A program made the position numbers and the translations under genes. A stretch of DNA of 64,000 nt from the NCBI GenBank assembly GCA_964549305.1, contig CAZJVM010000004.1, forward strand, positions 13,205-77,204, read 5' to 3'. The stretch is from an uncultured bacterium. Lineage in GTDB: Bacteria; Schekmanbacteria; GWA2-38-11; J061. The notes beneath the pieces are model-generated. The model was not told the origin of the DNA, did not search any database, and worked only from the letters and a program-made list of their open reading frames with translations. Positions 51,029-61,550 of the stretch are shown piece after piece (position 1 is the first letter of the stretch; each line of letters starts with the position of its first letter).

Positions 51029-51044
51029 TGGCATATTTATTGCA
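51029..51044 (+). promoter_or_regulatory. Sigma54 -24/-12 promoter of glnA
   Basis: TGGCATATTTATTGCA. Confidence 0.85.
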
Positions 51045-51108
51045 TAAGTATTGAATGTTTTTGTTGAGAAAAGAAAAAGCCGTTTAATCAATTGTAAGGA
51101 GATAAACA

Positions 51109-52521
51109 ATGAGTCCAAAAAAAGTAGTGGATATTATCAAGGAAAAAAATATCCAAATGATAGATTTGCGTTTTATGGATTTTCCCGGCGTATGGCAGCA
51201 CTTTTCAGTACCTGTTTCGGAGTTTGACGAAAGCAGTTTTGAAGATGGTTTCGGTTTTGACGGTTCAAGCATAAGAGGATGGCAACCAATCAATGCCAGT
51301 GATATGCTCGTTATTCCCGATCCCTCAACAGCGATGATAGACCCTATTCTCCAACATCCCACACTTGTCCTTATCTGCAATATAGTTGACCCCATAACTA
51401 AGGAAAAATATTCGAGAGATCCGAGAAATATAGCTCAAAAAGCCGAAAGCTATCTTAAATCCACACAGATAGGTGACACTGCATATTTCGGTCCGGAAGC
51501 GGAATTTTTCATTCTCGACGATGTAAGGTTTGACCAGAATGAACATCAGGGATTTTACTACCTCGATTCCTCTGAAGGCAGATGGAATAGCGGAAAAGAG
51601 GAAAATCCGAACCTCGGTTACAAACCGCGCTACAAGGAAGGCTATTTCCCCGTACCGCCAACGGACAGCCAACAGGATTTAAGAACCGAAATCGTGCTTG
51701 AAATGCAGAAAGTGGGATTGCAAATAGAATGTCAGCACCACGAAGTTGCAACTTCCGGCCAGGCGGAAATAGATATGAAATACAACACCCTTACAAAAAT
51801 CGCCGACGATCTGATGTGGTACAAATATGTAGCGAAGAATGTTGCAAGAAAGCACAACAAAACAGTTACATTTATGCCGAAACCAGTTTTTCGGGACAAT
51901 GGTTCGGGAATGCATACCCATATTTCCATATGGAAGGACGGCGAACCTCTTTTTGCCGGAAATGAATACGGCGGAATGAGTGAAATGGCAATGTACTTCT
52001 TAGGCGGCATTATAAAACACGCGTCTTCGCTTTGTGCTTTCGTGGCACCTACGACAAATTCTTACAAGCGCCTTGTCCCCGGTTATGAGGCACCAGTGAA
52101 TCTGGCGTATTCAAGCCGTAACAGAAGCGCAAGCCTGAGAATTCCAATGTATTCGCCAAGCCCCAAAGCAAAAAGAGTGGAAGTACGTTTCCCTGATCCC
52201 TCTTGCAACGGATATCTGGCTTTTTCGGCTCTTCTGATGGCCGGTCTTGACGGCGTAGAGAACAAAATGCATCCCGGCGACCCTCTTGATAAGGACATTT
52301 ACGAGCTTGAACCCGAAGAACTTGCAGGCGTTCCCTCAGTGCCTTCTTCACTTGAAGAAGCAATCAACGCGCTTGAAGAGGACAATGAATATCTTCTCAA
52401 AGGAGATGTCTTCACTCAGGATGCAATTGACAAGTGGATTGAATATAAAAGAGTAAACGAAGTTGATGCGCTGAGATTAAGACCTCATCCTTATGAATTT
52501 GCTCTTTACTTTGACATTTAA
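51109..52521 (+). CDS. glnA: Glutamine synthetase type I
   Basis: [48 protein letters not shown], adenylylation-type DIYEL. Confidence 0.99.
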   Translation: MSPKKVVDIIKEKNIQMIDLRFMDFPGVWQHFSVPVSEFDESSFEDGFGFDGSSIRGWQPINASDMLVIPDPSTAMIDPILQHPTLVLICNIVDPITKEKYSRDPRNIAQKAESYLKSTQIGDTAYFGPEAEFFILDDVRFDQNEHQGFYYLDSSEGRWNSGKEENPNLGYKPRYKEGYFPVPPTDSQQDLRTEIVLEMQKVGLQIECQHHEVATSGQAEIDMKYNTLTKIADDLMWYKYVAKNVARKHNKTVTFMPKPVFRDNGSGMHTHISIWKDGEPLFAGNEYGGMSEMAMYFLGGIIKHASSLCAFVAPTTNSYKRLVPGYEAPVNLAYSSRNRSASLRIPMYSPSPKAKRVEVRFPDPSCNGYLAFSALLMAGLDGVENKMHPGDPLDKDIYELEPEELAGVPSVPSSLEEAINALEEDNEYLLKGDVFTQDAIDKWIEYKRVNEVDALRLRPHPYEFALYFDI

Positions 52522-52581
52522 TTACGTTAAAAGATATTCCATATTTCTGTGGATGTTTCATTAACAACATTCAGGCAATCA

Positions 52582-52617
52582 AAAACTAGCTCATCCTCCA
52601 AGAGATGAGCTAGTTTT
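52582..52617 (+). terminator. Terminator after glnA
   Basis: aaaactagctcatc/gatgagctagtttt 14-bp stem. Confidence 0.8.
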
Positions 52618-52759
52618 GTCCGCGGTATCGTTGACTGCCGTCAGGTGTATTAAAGCATTTTCTACCATTGCAACCACCTTGTACACGCTTGACAACTGTC
52701 ATTTTTTAATTTACCAATTACTGGGGTATTTTAACTATTTTTTAACGGGAAGGACATCT

Positions 52760-54127
52760 ATGTCTTTAAATGCAGTATTTTGGGGATGCCAGATACCGGC
52801 AAGATATCCTTTTATAGAAAAGTCTCTGAGAAGAGTATTCGAAGAGCTTGAAATTTCTCTAATGGATATCGACGGTTTTACCTGTTGTCCCGAAAAGGCA
52901 CTGGTGCATAATATGAGCGAAGATGTCTGGTACCTCACTGCGGCAAGAAATCTCGCCGTTGCTAGGGAAGGCGCGGGTAGCAAACCCCTCACTCTTATTC
53001 AGGCGTGTAATGGTTGTTTCAGCACACTGAAAACCGTTAAGGAAAATCTTGACCACGATTTAAAGGTTAAAGAAAAGGTCAACAAGGGGCTTGCTAAGGT
53101 TAATCTTGAATATAAGGGCGGCGTGGAAGTCAAACATATCGTTGAGTTTCTGCACGATGTAATAGGTGCTGATACGATTAAACATAAAGTTAAAACCGCG
53201 CTAAACGGTATGAAAATTGCCGTGCATCCCGGATGCCATATGACAAGACCTTCTTCCTCCATAGATTTTGACGACCCCCTTGTACCGAAGAAATTTGACC
53301 AGCTGATTAAAGTGCTGGGAGCGACAAACGTAAACTATCCGAGCAAAATGCTCTGTTGCGGCGGCGAACTTACAAACATAGGAAATATGGATGAAGGAAT
53401 TGCCGTAACGCGCCAGAAACTTCTCGAAACGAAGGGCCTTAAAGTTGATGCAATAGCCGTTGCCTGCCCCAACTGTTTCAAGCAGTTTGACAACCAGCAG
53501 TTTATGATGCAGAGAAACGGAGAAGAATTCCAGATACCGGTTTTCTATATCTCGGAATTAGTGGGATTGGCGCTCGGAATTCAGCCAAAGGAGTTGGGAA
53601 TCGAGGGACACCGCATAAAGACTGACAGTTTTTTTTCAAGACTGAGCGAAGAAGCGGAAAAAGCCGGCAAAGTGGAAGAACATTTTGACCTTGAAGCGCT
53701 CAGAAAGTGTTATGAATGCCGCGCCTGTATGGATGACTGCCCGTCGGTGAAACTCCTCGACAAATACGACCCAATCACAATAATGGAAAAAGTGCTCGAC
53801 GGAAAAATCGAAGAAGCAGTGGAAGACCAGGCCGTTTGGGAATGTCTCGAATGTCATACGTGCAGTGAATTATGTCCGCAGGGTTTCGGTATGGAAAAGG
53901 TATTTACCACATTGAAGCATCTTGCGGGGGAAAAAGGCAACAGACCAGCGGCAGTCAAAAAAGGGCTTGATATGTTTTCAAAAACAAGCAAAATCGGTGA
54001 ACCTTCAGTTGCTCAGCGAAAAAAATTTAATCTTCCCGAGCCTTCTTCAAGCGGATTTGCTCAGTGGAAGGAGATGATAGAATCAATGGAATCTGAAGCC
54101 CCAGAGCAAGGAGAGGAAAATACGTAA
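52760..54127 (+). CDS. Heterodisulfide reductase B-C fusion protein (HdrB CCG domains plus HdrC 2x4Fe-4S)
   Basis: FWGC, TCCP, ACNGC, HPGCH, LCCGG, ACPNC, then CYECRACMDDCP and WECLECHTCSELCPQ; ATG 52760 after ggaagga. Confidence 0.88.
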   Translation: MSLNAVFWGCQIPARYPFIEKSLRRVFEELEISLMDIDGFTCCPEKALVHNMSEDVWYLTAARNLAVAREGAGSKPLTLIQACNGCFSTLKTVKENLDHDLKVKEKVNKGLAKVNLEYKGGVEVKHIVEFLHDVIGADTIKHKVKTALNGMKIAVHPGCHMTRPSSSIDFDDPLVPKKFDQLIKVLGATNVNYPSKMLCCGGELTNIGNMDEGIAVTRQKLLETKGLKVDAIAVACPNCFKQFDNQQFMMQRNGEEFQIPVFYISELVGLALGIQPKELGIEGHRIKTDSFFSRLSEEAEKAGKVEEHFDLEALRKCYECRACMDDCPSVKLLDKYDPITIMEKVLDGKIEEAVEDQAVWECLECHTCSELCPQGFGMEKVFTTLKHLAGEKGNRPAAVKKGLDMFSKTSKIGEPSVAQRKKFNLPEPSSSGFAQWKEMIESMESEAPEQGEENT

Positions 54128-55224
54128 TGAACCATAACTACCAGAAAGACATATCGGGATGCGGTTTATCAGGGCTTATAAGTCGTTCGAAAAAAAGAAT
54201 TCCCGGAGAAGTCATAATTAATTCTATTTGCCCTATGAGAGACAGGGGTAACGGTCTTGGCTCGGGTTTTGCCGCATATGGAATTTACCCTGATTATGCC
54301 GATTATTACGCGCTTCATATTATGTTTGACCACGAAACGGCAAAAGAACTTGCCGAGGAATTTATCGAGTCAAATTACGAAATCGCCAAACAGGAAAGAA
54401 TTCCCCACAAGCCCACTGAAAACATTATTTACCATCCAATCTTATTCAGATATTTCGTAAAACCGAAGGAAAACAGGCCCGATGCCCAGTTTGCCGAGCT
54501 TGGAGACGATGATTTCGTAGTAAGAAGCGTTATGAATATCAACTCGACCATCGAAGGCGCATACGTCTTTTCAAGCGGCAAGAATATGGGCGCATTCAAG
54601 GGAGTGGGATTTCCCTCTGAAATCGCGGAATTCTATATGCTCGAAGAATATTCCGGATATATATGGACTGCACATAACCGATTCCCCACAAACACACCCG
54701 GATGGTGGGGAGGGGCACACCCTTTCACTCTTCTTGACTGGTCAATAGTGCACAACGGAGAAATATCCTCTTACGGTATAAACAAAAGATATCTTGAAAT
54801 GTTCGGGTACAGTTGTACCCTTTTGACTGACACTGAGGTCGTAGCCTATCTTTTCGACCTGATGATAAGAAAACACGGATTGAGCTACGATATTGCCTGC
54901 AAAGCGCTTGCATCACCTTTTTGGAAGGATATCGATGATTTGCCGGAGGATGAAAAAGAAGCGATGACATGGCTGAGAATGGTCTATGGAAGCGCACTTC
55001 TAAACGGCCCCTTTTCCATTCTTTTCGGGCACAGTAACGGCCTCATCGGCTTGAGTGACAGGATTAAACTGAGACCTCTTGTCTGTGCCGAAAATGAGGA
55101 TATCGTATATATGGCTTCGGAGGAGTCTGCTATAAGGGAAATTTGCCCCAAACCTGAAAGGGTTTGGTACCCCCGGGCAGGAGAACCAGTAATTGTTAAT
55201 TTGAATAATACAGAGACCAATTAA
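54127..55224 (+). CDS. Split glutamate synthase, glutamine amidotransferase subunit (GltB1-type)
   Basis: Ntn Cys in ISGCGLSG, RGNGLGSGFA, AHNRFPTNT, AHPF, VHNGEISSY, TDTEV. Confidence 0.9.
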   Translation: MNHNYQKDISGCGLSGLISRSKKRIPGEVIINSICPMRDRGNGLGSGFAAYGIYPDYADYYALHIMFDHETAKELAEEFIESNYEIAKQERIPHKPTENIIYHPILFRYFVKPKENRPDAQFAELGDDDFVVRSVMNINSTIEGAYVFSSGKNMGAFKGVGFPSEIAEFYMLEEYSGYIWTAHNRFPTNTPGWWGGAHPFTLLDWSIVHNGEISSYGINKRYLEMFGYSCTLLTDTEVVAYLFDLMIRKHGLSYDIACKALASPFWKDIDDLPEDEKEAMTWLRMVYGSALLNGPFSILFGHSNGLIGLSDRIKLRPLVCAENEDIVYMASEESAIREICPKPERVWYPRAGEPVIVNLNNTETN

Positions 55225-56730
55225 ATGAGAAAAAGCTATCTTATCCCGGAATTTAAAGTTGAAATAGATCATACCAGATGCAGAAGATGCAAACGATGCA
55301 TTATGAACTGCAGTTATGAGGCATTGAGCTTCAGTGACAGGGTGGTTGCAGACCATTTTAAATGCGTTGCCTGTCACAGGTGCGTTGTTTTCTGTCCGGA
55401 AAATGTAATCACAGTGAGAGAAAATCCCTTGGATTTCAAAAGCAGTTACAACTGGACAAACAGGCATCGCCTCGACATCTGGAAACAGGCGGAAACAGGC
55501 GGAATTCCCCTTACGGGAATGGGAAACGATCTCCCCTATCAAATTCTGTGGGACCATATGGTTCTCGATGCCTGTCAGGTAACAAACCCGTCCATCGACC
55601 CTCTGAGAGAACCGATGGAATTACGGACATATCTGGGGAAAAAACCTGACTTTCTGGATTTCGAAAAAGACAATAAAGGTAAAATCAAGCTAAAGGATAC
55701 GATGCCCAAAAACATAAAGCTTGAAATGCCCTTAGTCTTCTCGCCAATGTCTTACGGTTCGATTAGTCTCAACACCCATAAGGCAATGGCAATGACCGCA
55801 AAGGAGATGGGCATCGTAATGCACACCGGCGAAGGGGGACTTCACAAGGATTTATACGATTACAGCGATTACACCATAGTTCAGTGCGCCTCAGGACGTT
55901 TCGGAGTACACTCCGAATATCTCAAAATGGGAATTGCCGTAGACATTAAAATCGGACAGGGCGCGAAACCGGGTATCGGCGGACACCTTCCCGGCGAGAA
56001 AGTGGGACTTGACATATCAAAAACACGTATGATACCTATTGGCACAGATGCATTGTCGCCTGCGCCCCATCACGACATTTACTCAATCGAAGATTTGCGG
56101 CAGTTGATATATGCAATCAAGGAAGCAACCGATTACAAACCGGTATCAGTCAAGATTGCCACCGTTCATAATGTCGCCGCTATCGTAAGCGGCATAGTGC
56201 GTGCCGGCGCAGATATTGTTTATCTTGACGGCTTCAGGGGAGGAACGGGAGCATCACCTAAAATAATCCGCGACCACGTGGGCATACCTCTGGAATTAGC
56301 GCTTGCCGCCGTTGACGACAGATTGAGGCAGGAAGGCATCAGAAACCACGCATCGATTATTGCGGCAGGAAGCATAAGGTCAAGCGCGGATGCAGTAAAG
56401 GCAATTGCACTTGGAGCAGATGCCGTGGCAATAGGCACAGCGGCACTTGTTGCCGTGGGATGCCGTGTATGCCAAACTTGCCATATGGGAAAATGTGCCT
56501 GGGGAATAGCGACTCAGCGCCCTGAATTGGCAAGGAGGCTTGATCCTGAAATTGCGGCAGAGAGACTTATGAATATGCTTCGCGCCTGGAATCTGGAAAT
56601 AAAAGAGGTGCTCGGAAGTCTCGGACTCAATGCAATAGAATCACTCAGAGGAAGCAGGGAAAGGTTGAGAGGCATAGGCCTCGATGCTCAGACTCTTGAT
56701 ATTTTGGGCATAAAACCGGCAGGCAAATAG
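55225..56730 (+). CDS. Split glutamate synthase, FMN subunit with N-terminal ferredoxin (GltB2-type)
   Basis: CRRCKRC/CVACHRC, VTNPSIDPLREPME, MSYGS, TGEGG, KIGQGAKPGIGGHLPGEKV, GCRVCQTCHMGKC. Confidence 0.93.
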   Translation: MRKSYLIPEFKVEIDHTRCRRCKRCIMNCSYEALSFSDRVVADHFKCVACHRCVVFCPENVITVRENPLDFKSSYNWTNRHRLDIWKQAETGGIPLTGMGNDLPYQILWDHMVLDACQVTNPSIDPLREPMELRTYLGKKPDFLDFEKDNKGKIKLKDTMPKNIKLEMPLVFSPMSYGSISLNTHKAMAMTAKEMGIVMHTGEGGLHKDLYDYSDYTIVQCASGRFGVHSEYLKMGIAVDIKIGQGAKPGIGGHLPGEKVGLDISKTRMIPIGTDALSPAPHHDIYSIEDLRQLIYAIKEATDYKPVSVKIATVHNVAAIVSGIVRAGADIVYLDGFRGGTGASPKIIRDHVGIPLELALAAVDDRLRQEGIRNHASIIAAGSIRSSADAVKAIALGADAVAIGTAALVAVGCRVCQTCHMGKCAWGIATQRPELARRLDPEIAAERLMNMLRAWNLEIKEVLGSLGLNAIESLRGSRERLRGIGLDAQTLDILGIKPAGK

Positions 56731-56752
56731 GTTGGGAAAAGAGGTACTTGGA

Positions 56753-57568
56753 ATGGATATTAATACAATCGTAGACAGGGAAAATAAAACTCCTGGTAAC
56801 GGAAAAGGTAAAATGACAAACTCTGAAAAAATAGTGATAGATGCCAAAGGGGTTTATTACAGAGAGCTTAACGAGCAAATCCGCGACGCTATTCTTAACA
56901 GGGGAGTCAGGGAAGTAGAGCTCAATAATGTAAACGGTCAGCGTTACATAGGCGACGGAATTAAAGCCAAAGCCACAATTATTATAAACGGAGTGCCGGG
57001 AAACGACCTCGGGGCATTTATGAACGGACTTACAATTTTAGTTAACGACAATGCTCAGGATGCCGTAGGCAACACAATGAATACTGGAAAAATAGTCATT
57101 AACGGCCATTCAAGCGATGTAATCGGTTACGGGATGAGAGGCGGTAAAATTTTTATCAAGGGAGACGTGGGATACAGAGTTGGTATTCATATGAAAGAAT
57201 ACAAGACGACTGTTCCTTATATAATCTGCGGCGGAAGAGCGGGAGATTTCCTCGGAGAATATATGGCAGGCGGAATTCTTGCAGTACTCGGACTCGATGA
57301 AGATGACCCTCGCCCCTTAACGGGAGATTATCTCGGCACAGGAATGCACGGGGGGATAATATACGTGCGCGGCAAAGTCAATGAAAAGACTCTTGGCAAA
57401 GAAGTGGGAATCGTCGATTTTACTGACAAAGACTTTGATCAGCTTGGCAAAGCCCTGAAAGAATATGCCGAAGACCTCAATCTTGACTTTGATAAAATTA
57501 TGTCAAAACCATTCACTAAAATAATACCCACCAGCCACAGACCTTACGGCAGGCTTTACTGTTATTGA
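56753..57568 (+). CDS. Split glutamate synthase, GXGXG beta-helix subunit (GltB3-type)
   Basis: GQRYIG, GVPGNDLGAFMNG, GYGMRGG, GEYMAGG, GTGMHGG; start ambiguous (56732/56753/56813). Confidence 0.9.
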   Translation: MDINTIVDRENKTPGNGKGKMTNSEKIVIDAKGVYYRELNEQIRDAILNRGVREVELNNVNGQRYIGDGIKAKATIIINGVPGNDLGAFMNGLTILVNDNAQDAVGNTMNTGKIVINGHSSDVIGYGMRGGKIFIKGDVGYRVGIHMKEYKTTVPYIICGGRAGDFLGEYMAGGILAVLGLDEDDPRPLTGDYLGTGMHGGIIYVRGKVNEKTLGKEVGIVDFTDKDFDQLGKALKEYAEDLNLDFDKIMSKPFTKIIPTSHRPYGRLYCY

Positions 57569-57996
57569 TTTCTGCCACAATAGAAGTATTTTTAAGGGCG
57601 CCGGCAGAAGGTCAAATACTTTTTTTCAACTGTCATAATAAAGAGCTTAACATTTGGCATCACTTGCAGGAATTAAGCGTAGCCAGTATGTTATGAGGTA
57701 AAACTACTTTTTAGCTTGAATCTTCATTTCATGTTCGTGTCGTTTCGTCGTTGGGTCTGTTATTGACTTGATGCTTCTGATTATTTCGACTTATCCGCCC
57801 GGCAGCCTATTTTCCTGAGTACCTGCTAACGCAGAGCGCTTATACAGTTGGTAATTTAACGCAATTCAAGGATACGAATAAGCTCTACGATATGTTACAA
57901 AACAGGCATTGAGGCAGGCTTCATTTAACTTACTTTCAAGGTTGATTTTCCTTTTCTTTTTATATATTAATATCCAACATTTAATGAGGACAAAAA

Positions 57997-58854
57997 TTGA
58001 AATTTAACTACTTATCCCCTACTTCTAAGGAAGAAGCACTTGAAGTACTTGCCGTAAAAGGAAAAGATGCCGCAATACTTGCAGGCGGCACAGACCTTCT
58101 CGTTGCATTGAAGGACAGGGCAAAGTCATTTACTTATGTGATTGATTTCAACAAGGCAGATGAACTGAACGAAATCAATTTTGACAATGACGGAAATCTT
58201 TTCATCGGCGCATTTACGAAAATAAGCCAAATCGAAAAATCAGCGAAAATAATTTCAGAATATCCCTTTTTATCAGATTCCGCGGCACTTCTCGGCTCGA
58301 CTCAAATAAGAAACCGTGCCACAATAGGTGGAAATATCTGTAATGCTTCTCCCTGCGCCAATCTTGCATTGCCTCTTCTCGCACTCGACGCGGAGTTAAC
58401 ACTTGAAAAAAGAGGAAGTTCGAGAAAAGTCAAAATAGAAGATTTTTTCAAGAATAACGGAGTTACCTGCAGAGAAAGCGATGAAATACTTACGGAAATC
58501 CACATTAATAAGCAAAAGGGAAAAGGAGTTTTCTACATTCATTCAAAACGCCGCGCGATGGATATTGCATCAGTGGGAGTATGCATAAAAATAGATTTAG
58601 ATAAAGATAACAAAATAGAAAACGCGCGTATCGCTTTGGGTTCTGTCGCGCCTGTCCCTCTCAGAGCAAAAAAAGCTGAAGGACTTCTTGCAGGAAATAA
58701 TTTAAGCGATGAGCTAATCGCAAAAACAGCGGAAAAGGCTTCTGATGAGGCAACGCCCATTGACGACGGCAGAGCATCGGCATGGTACAGAAAAGATATT
58801 GTAAAGGCGTTGGTTTCAAGAGGACTCAAATCTTTAAAAAAAAATATTAAATGA
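57997..58854 (+). CDS. Xanthine dehydrogenase family FAD subunit (CoxM-like)
   Basis: AGGTDL, IRNRATIGGNICNASP, RIALGSVAP, DDGRASAWYR. Confidence 0.92.
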   Translation: MKFNYLSPTSKEEALEVLAVKGKDAAILAGGTDLLVALKDRAKSFTYVIDFNKADELNEINFDNDGNLFIGAFTKISQIEKSAKIISEYPFLSDSAALLGSTQIRNRATIGGNICNASPCANLALPLLALDAELTLEKRGSSRKVKIEDFFKNNGVTCRESDEILTEIHINKQKGKGVFYIHSKRRAMDIASVGVCIKIDLDKDNKIENARIALGSVAPVPLRAKKAEGLLAGNNLSDELIAKTAEKASDEATPIDDGRASAWYRKDIVKALVSRGLKSLKKNIK

Positions 58855-59321
58855 AAAAAATTTTAAATTTTACGGTAAACGGCGAGACTCAGGAGGTTTT
58901 AGTCGAAGAGTCGGAAACCCTTCTTTCGGTGCTTAGAGACCGGCTCAACTTAAAAGGCACAAAAGAGGGTTGCGGAGAAGGAGAATGCGGTGCCTGTACC
59001 GTGCTTCTTGACAACACTCCCGTAAACTCCTGCCTCGTGCTTGCCCTTTCGGCATCGGGCTCGCAGGTTACGACAATAGAAGGACTTGAAGAAAACGGTA
59101 AACTTCATCCCATTCAAAGCGCTTTCATAGATAACGGGGCTATTCAATGCGGTTTCTGCTCCCCAGGAATGATTCTTATGACTAAAAGCCTGCTCGATGA
59201 ATATGACAATCCCACTGACGAGCAAATCAGGCACCACCTTGCGGGAAATATATGCCGTTGCACCGGTTATGACAGCATTATGAGAGCCGTTAAATCGCTT
59301 ATTGAAAGCGGAAAAAAATAA
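58851..59321 (+). CDS. Xanthine dehydrogenase family 2Fe-2S subunit (CoxS-like)
   Basis: GCGEGECGACTV, QCGFCSPG, NICRCTGY. Confidence 0.95.
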   Translation: MKKILNFTVNGETQEVLVEESETLLSVLRDRLNLKGTKEGCGEGECGACTVLLDNTPVNSCLVLALSASGSQVTTIEGLEENGKLHPIQSAFIDNGAIQCGFCSPGMILMTKSLLDEYDNPTDEQIRHHLAGNICRCTGYDSIMRAVKSLIESGKK

Positions 59322-59335
59322 AGAGGTAAATCTAA

Positions 59336-61546
59336 GTGATAGGAAAATCCGTTCCAAGAATCGAGTCGAGAGATAAAGCGACCGGGCGTGCCGTATATAC
59401 GGGCGATGTCGTACTTCCAAGAGAAATTCTAGTTGGAAAAATTCTTTACAGCCGCGTTGCCCACGGCGTGATAAAGAGCATCGATTGTTCCGAAGCCCTG
59501 AAGGTTCCCGGCGTAAAAGCCATAGTGACTTCCGAAGACTTCAAGGTTAAAAGAACGGGACTCATAATGGAAGATGAAATGGTTCTCGCAACGGGAAAAG
59601 TCAGATTCATAGGCGAAAAAATAGCGGCAGTTGCCGCGATAAGTGAAGACGCGGCAGATGAAGCGTTGAGTAAAATTAAAGTGGAGATAGAGGAAATACC
59701 ACATCTCTCCGACCCGCTCGAGGCTTTGAAGGATGACGCTCCCCTTGTCCATAATGACCTCATTGATGAAGGAAAAGCCGAATCGATGGGAATCGAGGGA
59801 AATCTCTGTTCTTCGATGGAGTTATGTCAGGGAGACTTGGAAAAGGGTTTTGAAGAGGCCGATGCAGTAGTTGAAGATACATTCAAAACCTCGAAAGTTC
59901 ATCACTGCTTCATCGAGCCTCACGTGAGCGTGGCAAATTACAACGACGAGAAAGGATTCAATGTCTGGACATCGACGCAGGGATATTTTTTCATCCAGCA
60001 GAAGCTTGCCGCCATATTTTCTCTGCCCATAAGCAAGATCAAGGTTATGCCTGTGGAAAGTGGAGGCGCTTTCGGCGGGAAAGTTTCTATTTCCGTAGAG
60101 CCGCTTGTTTGCGCGCTTTCCATGAAGGCGGGGCTTCCCGTCAGGATTGCTATGGGAAGAAACGAAGAATTTCTCTATGGAAAACCAAGGTTCCCGGCAA
60201 CCATATCGATTAAACTCGGATTTAAAAACGACGGGAGCATGACGGCAATACATTCAAAGCTTTACTATGATCTCGGCGCATATTCCGATTTCGGGCCGAT
60301 TCTTATGTATGCGGCAACTAATAATGCTTGCGGTCCCTATAAAATACCCAATGCGAAGCTCGAGGGCTTTGCCGTTTATACAAATAAAATAAGCGGTACA
60401 TCCTTCAGAGCGCCCGGAGTGCCGCAATACTGTTTTGCTCTTGAATCGCTTGTCAACAGGGCGGCTGTAAAATTAGGATTAAATTCACTGGACATCAGAA
60501 AGAAAAACGCAGTTGAAGACCAGTATGTGAGAATTTCGGGAGAACCGGTTAACGGCAATTCTTTTCTTTCGGTGTTGAATAAAGCAGAAGAAATTCTCGA
60601 TAAAAACACAAAGAAAGATGAAGTGGGCATTGCCGCCTGCATATGGGAAACAAGGGCAGGTCCTTCGTCCATTCTTCTTCGCTTAAACGATGACGGAAGA
60701 ATTCTCATCGTTACCGGAGTCTGCGACCTAACGGGCGCAAGAACGGTTTTCATTCAGATTGTCTGCGACATATTATCCGTCAATCCGGAAGACGTTGAAA
60801 TCATATATCAGGACAGCTCTACCGCCCCTGTTACACCGCCCTCGACGGGGAGCGGAACAATTTACAATGTGGGTCATGTGGTAAAAAGTGCGGCGGAATC
60901 GATAAAAGCTGAAATAGTCAAAATCGCGATGGAGCGCCTTGAATGCAAAGATGAATCGGAAATAGGATTATCGGGCGGAAAAGCCGTAAAGAAAGGCACC
61001 GATAAATTCGTATCATTTGCCGACATTTCAAAGTATTCAAGGCATAAACTCGGAAGAGTCTTAATGAAGGAGGCATCATCGGTCGCCGAGTACAATGCAA
61101 CGCTATTCGGTCTTCAAATGGCTGAAGTCGATGTTGACACTGATACGGGAAAAATTGACGTTAAAAAAATTACCGCCATACACGATGTGGGAAAAGTTAT
61201 GAATCCTATGCTGCTCAAAGGCCAGGTGGAAGGCGCAATCCTTCAGGGTACGGGTTTTGCTGTCTCGGAAGAAATCGTTTTTGACGATGTAAGGGCAGTA
61301 ACGGACAATTTTTCCGATTACGCGGTGCCCACCATAAAAGATGTGCCGGAAAAGGAGATTGTCATACTTGAAGGCGACCTTTCGAAGGACGGGCCTTACG
61401 GAACCAAAGGCATAGGGGAACCACCCGTTGTGCCTACTGCGCCTGCTATTGCAGATGCCGTATTCAGAAAAACCGGCGTTACCATTTCACATCTGCCACT
61501 TTCACCCGAACGGGTTTTTAAAGCGCTTAAAGAAAAATCATCTTAA
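59336..61546 (+). CDS. Xanthine dehydrogenase family molybdopterin-binding subunit
   Basis: STQG, GGAFGGK, SFRAPG, GQVEGAILQG, KGIGEPP (catalytic Glu). Confidence 0.92.
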   Translation: MIGKSVPRIESRDKATGRAVYTGDVVLPREILVGKILYSRVAHGVIKSIDCSEALKVPGVKAIVTSEDFKVKRTGLIMEDEMVLATGKVRFIGEKIAAVAAISEDAADEALSKIKVEIEEIPHLSDPLEALKDDAPLVHNDLIDEGKAESMGIEGNLCSSMELCQGDLEKGFEEADAVVEDTFKTSKVHHCFIEPHVSVANYNDEKGFNVWTSTQGYFFIQQKLAAIFSLPISKIKVMPVESGGAFGGKVSISVEPLVCALSMKAGLPVRIAMGRNEEFLYGKPRFPATISIKLGFKNDGSMTAIHSKLYYDLGAYSDFGPILMYAATNNACGPYKIPNAKLEGFAVYTNKISGTSFRAPGVPQYCFALESLVNRAAVKLGLNSLDIRKKNAVEDQYVRISGEPVNGNSFLSVLNKAEEILDKNTKKDEVGIAACIWETRAGPSSILLRLNDDGRILIVTGVCDLTGARTVFIQIVCDILSVNPEDVEIIYQDSSTAPVTPPSTGSGTIYNVGHVVKSAAESIKAEIVKIAMERLECKDESEIGLSGGKAVKKGTDKFVSFADISKYSRHKLGRVLMKEASSVAEYNATLFGLQMAEVDVDTDTGKIDVKKITAIHDVGKVMNPMLLKGQVEGAILQGTGFAVSEEIVFDDVRAVTDNFSDYAVPTIKDVPEKEIVILEGDLSKDGPYGTKGIGEPPVVPTAPAIADAVFRKTGVTISHLPLSPERVFKALKEKSS

Positions 61547-61550
61547 TACT

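Noticed and set aside
52616-52759. 48-aa N-terminal extension of the HdrBC ORF
   Set aside because: Overlaps the glnA terminator and promoter region; ATG 52760 has an RBS and matches the HdrB start.
57630-57790. HEARO/omega RNA or integron attC-like element (gtcaataac..., gctaac...gttac)
   Set aside because: Only short word matches; no supporting hairpins and no IscB, TnpB or integrase nearby.
59336-61546. Aerobic CO dehydrogenase (coxMSL gene order)
   Set aside because: Lacks the form I VAYxCSFR motif; M-S-L order is common across the XDH family.
26350-61546. Selenocysteine read-through in redox genes ending in TGA (e.g. 29065, 32221, 57568)
   Set aside because: These stops fall at natural domain ends or next to the following start; no in-frame continuation was recognised.
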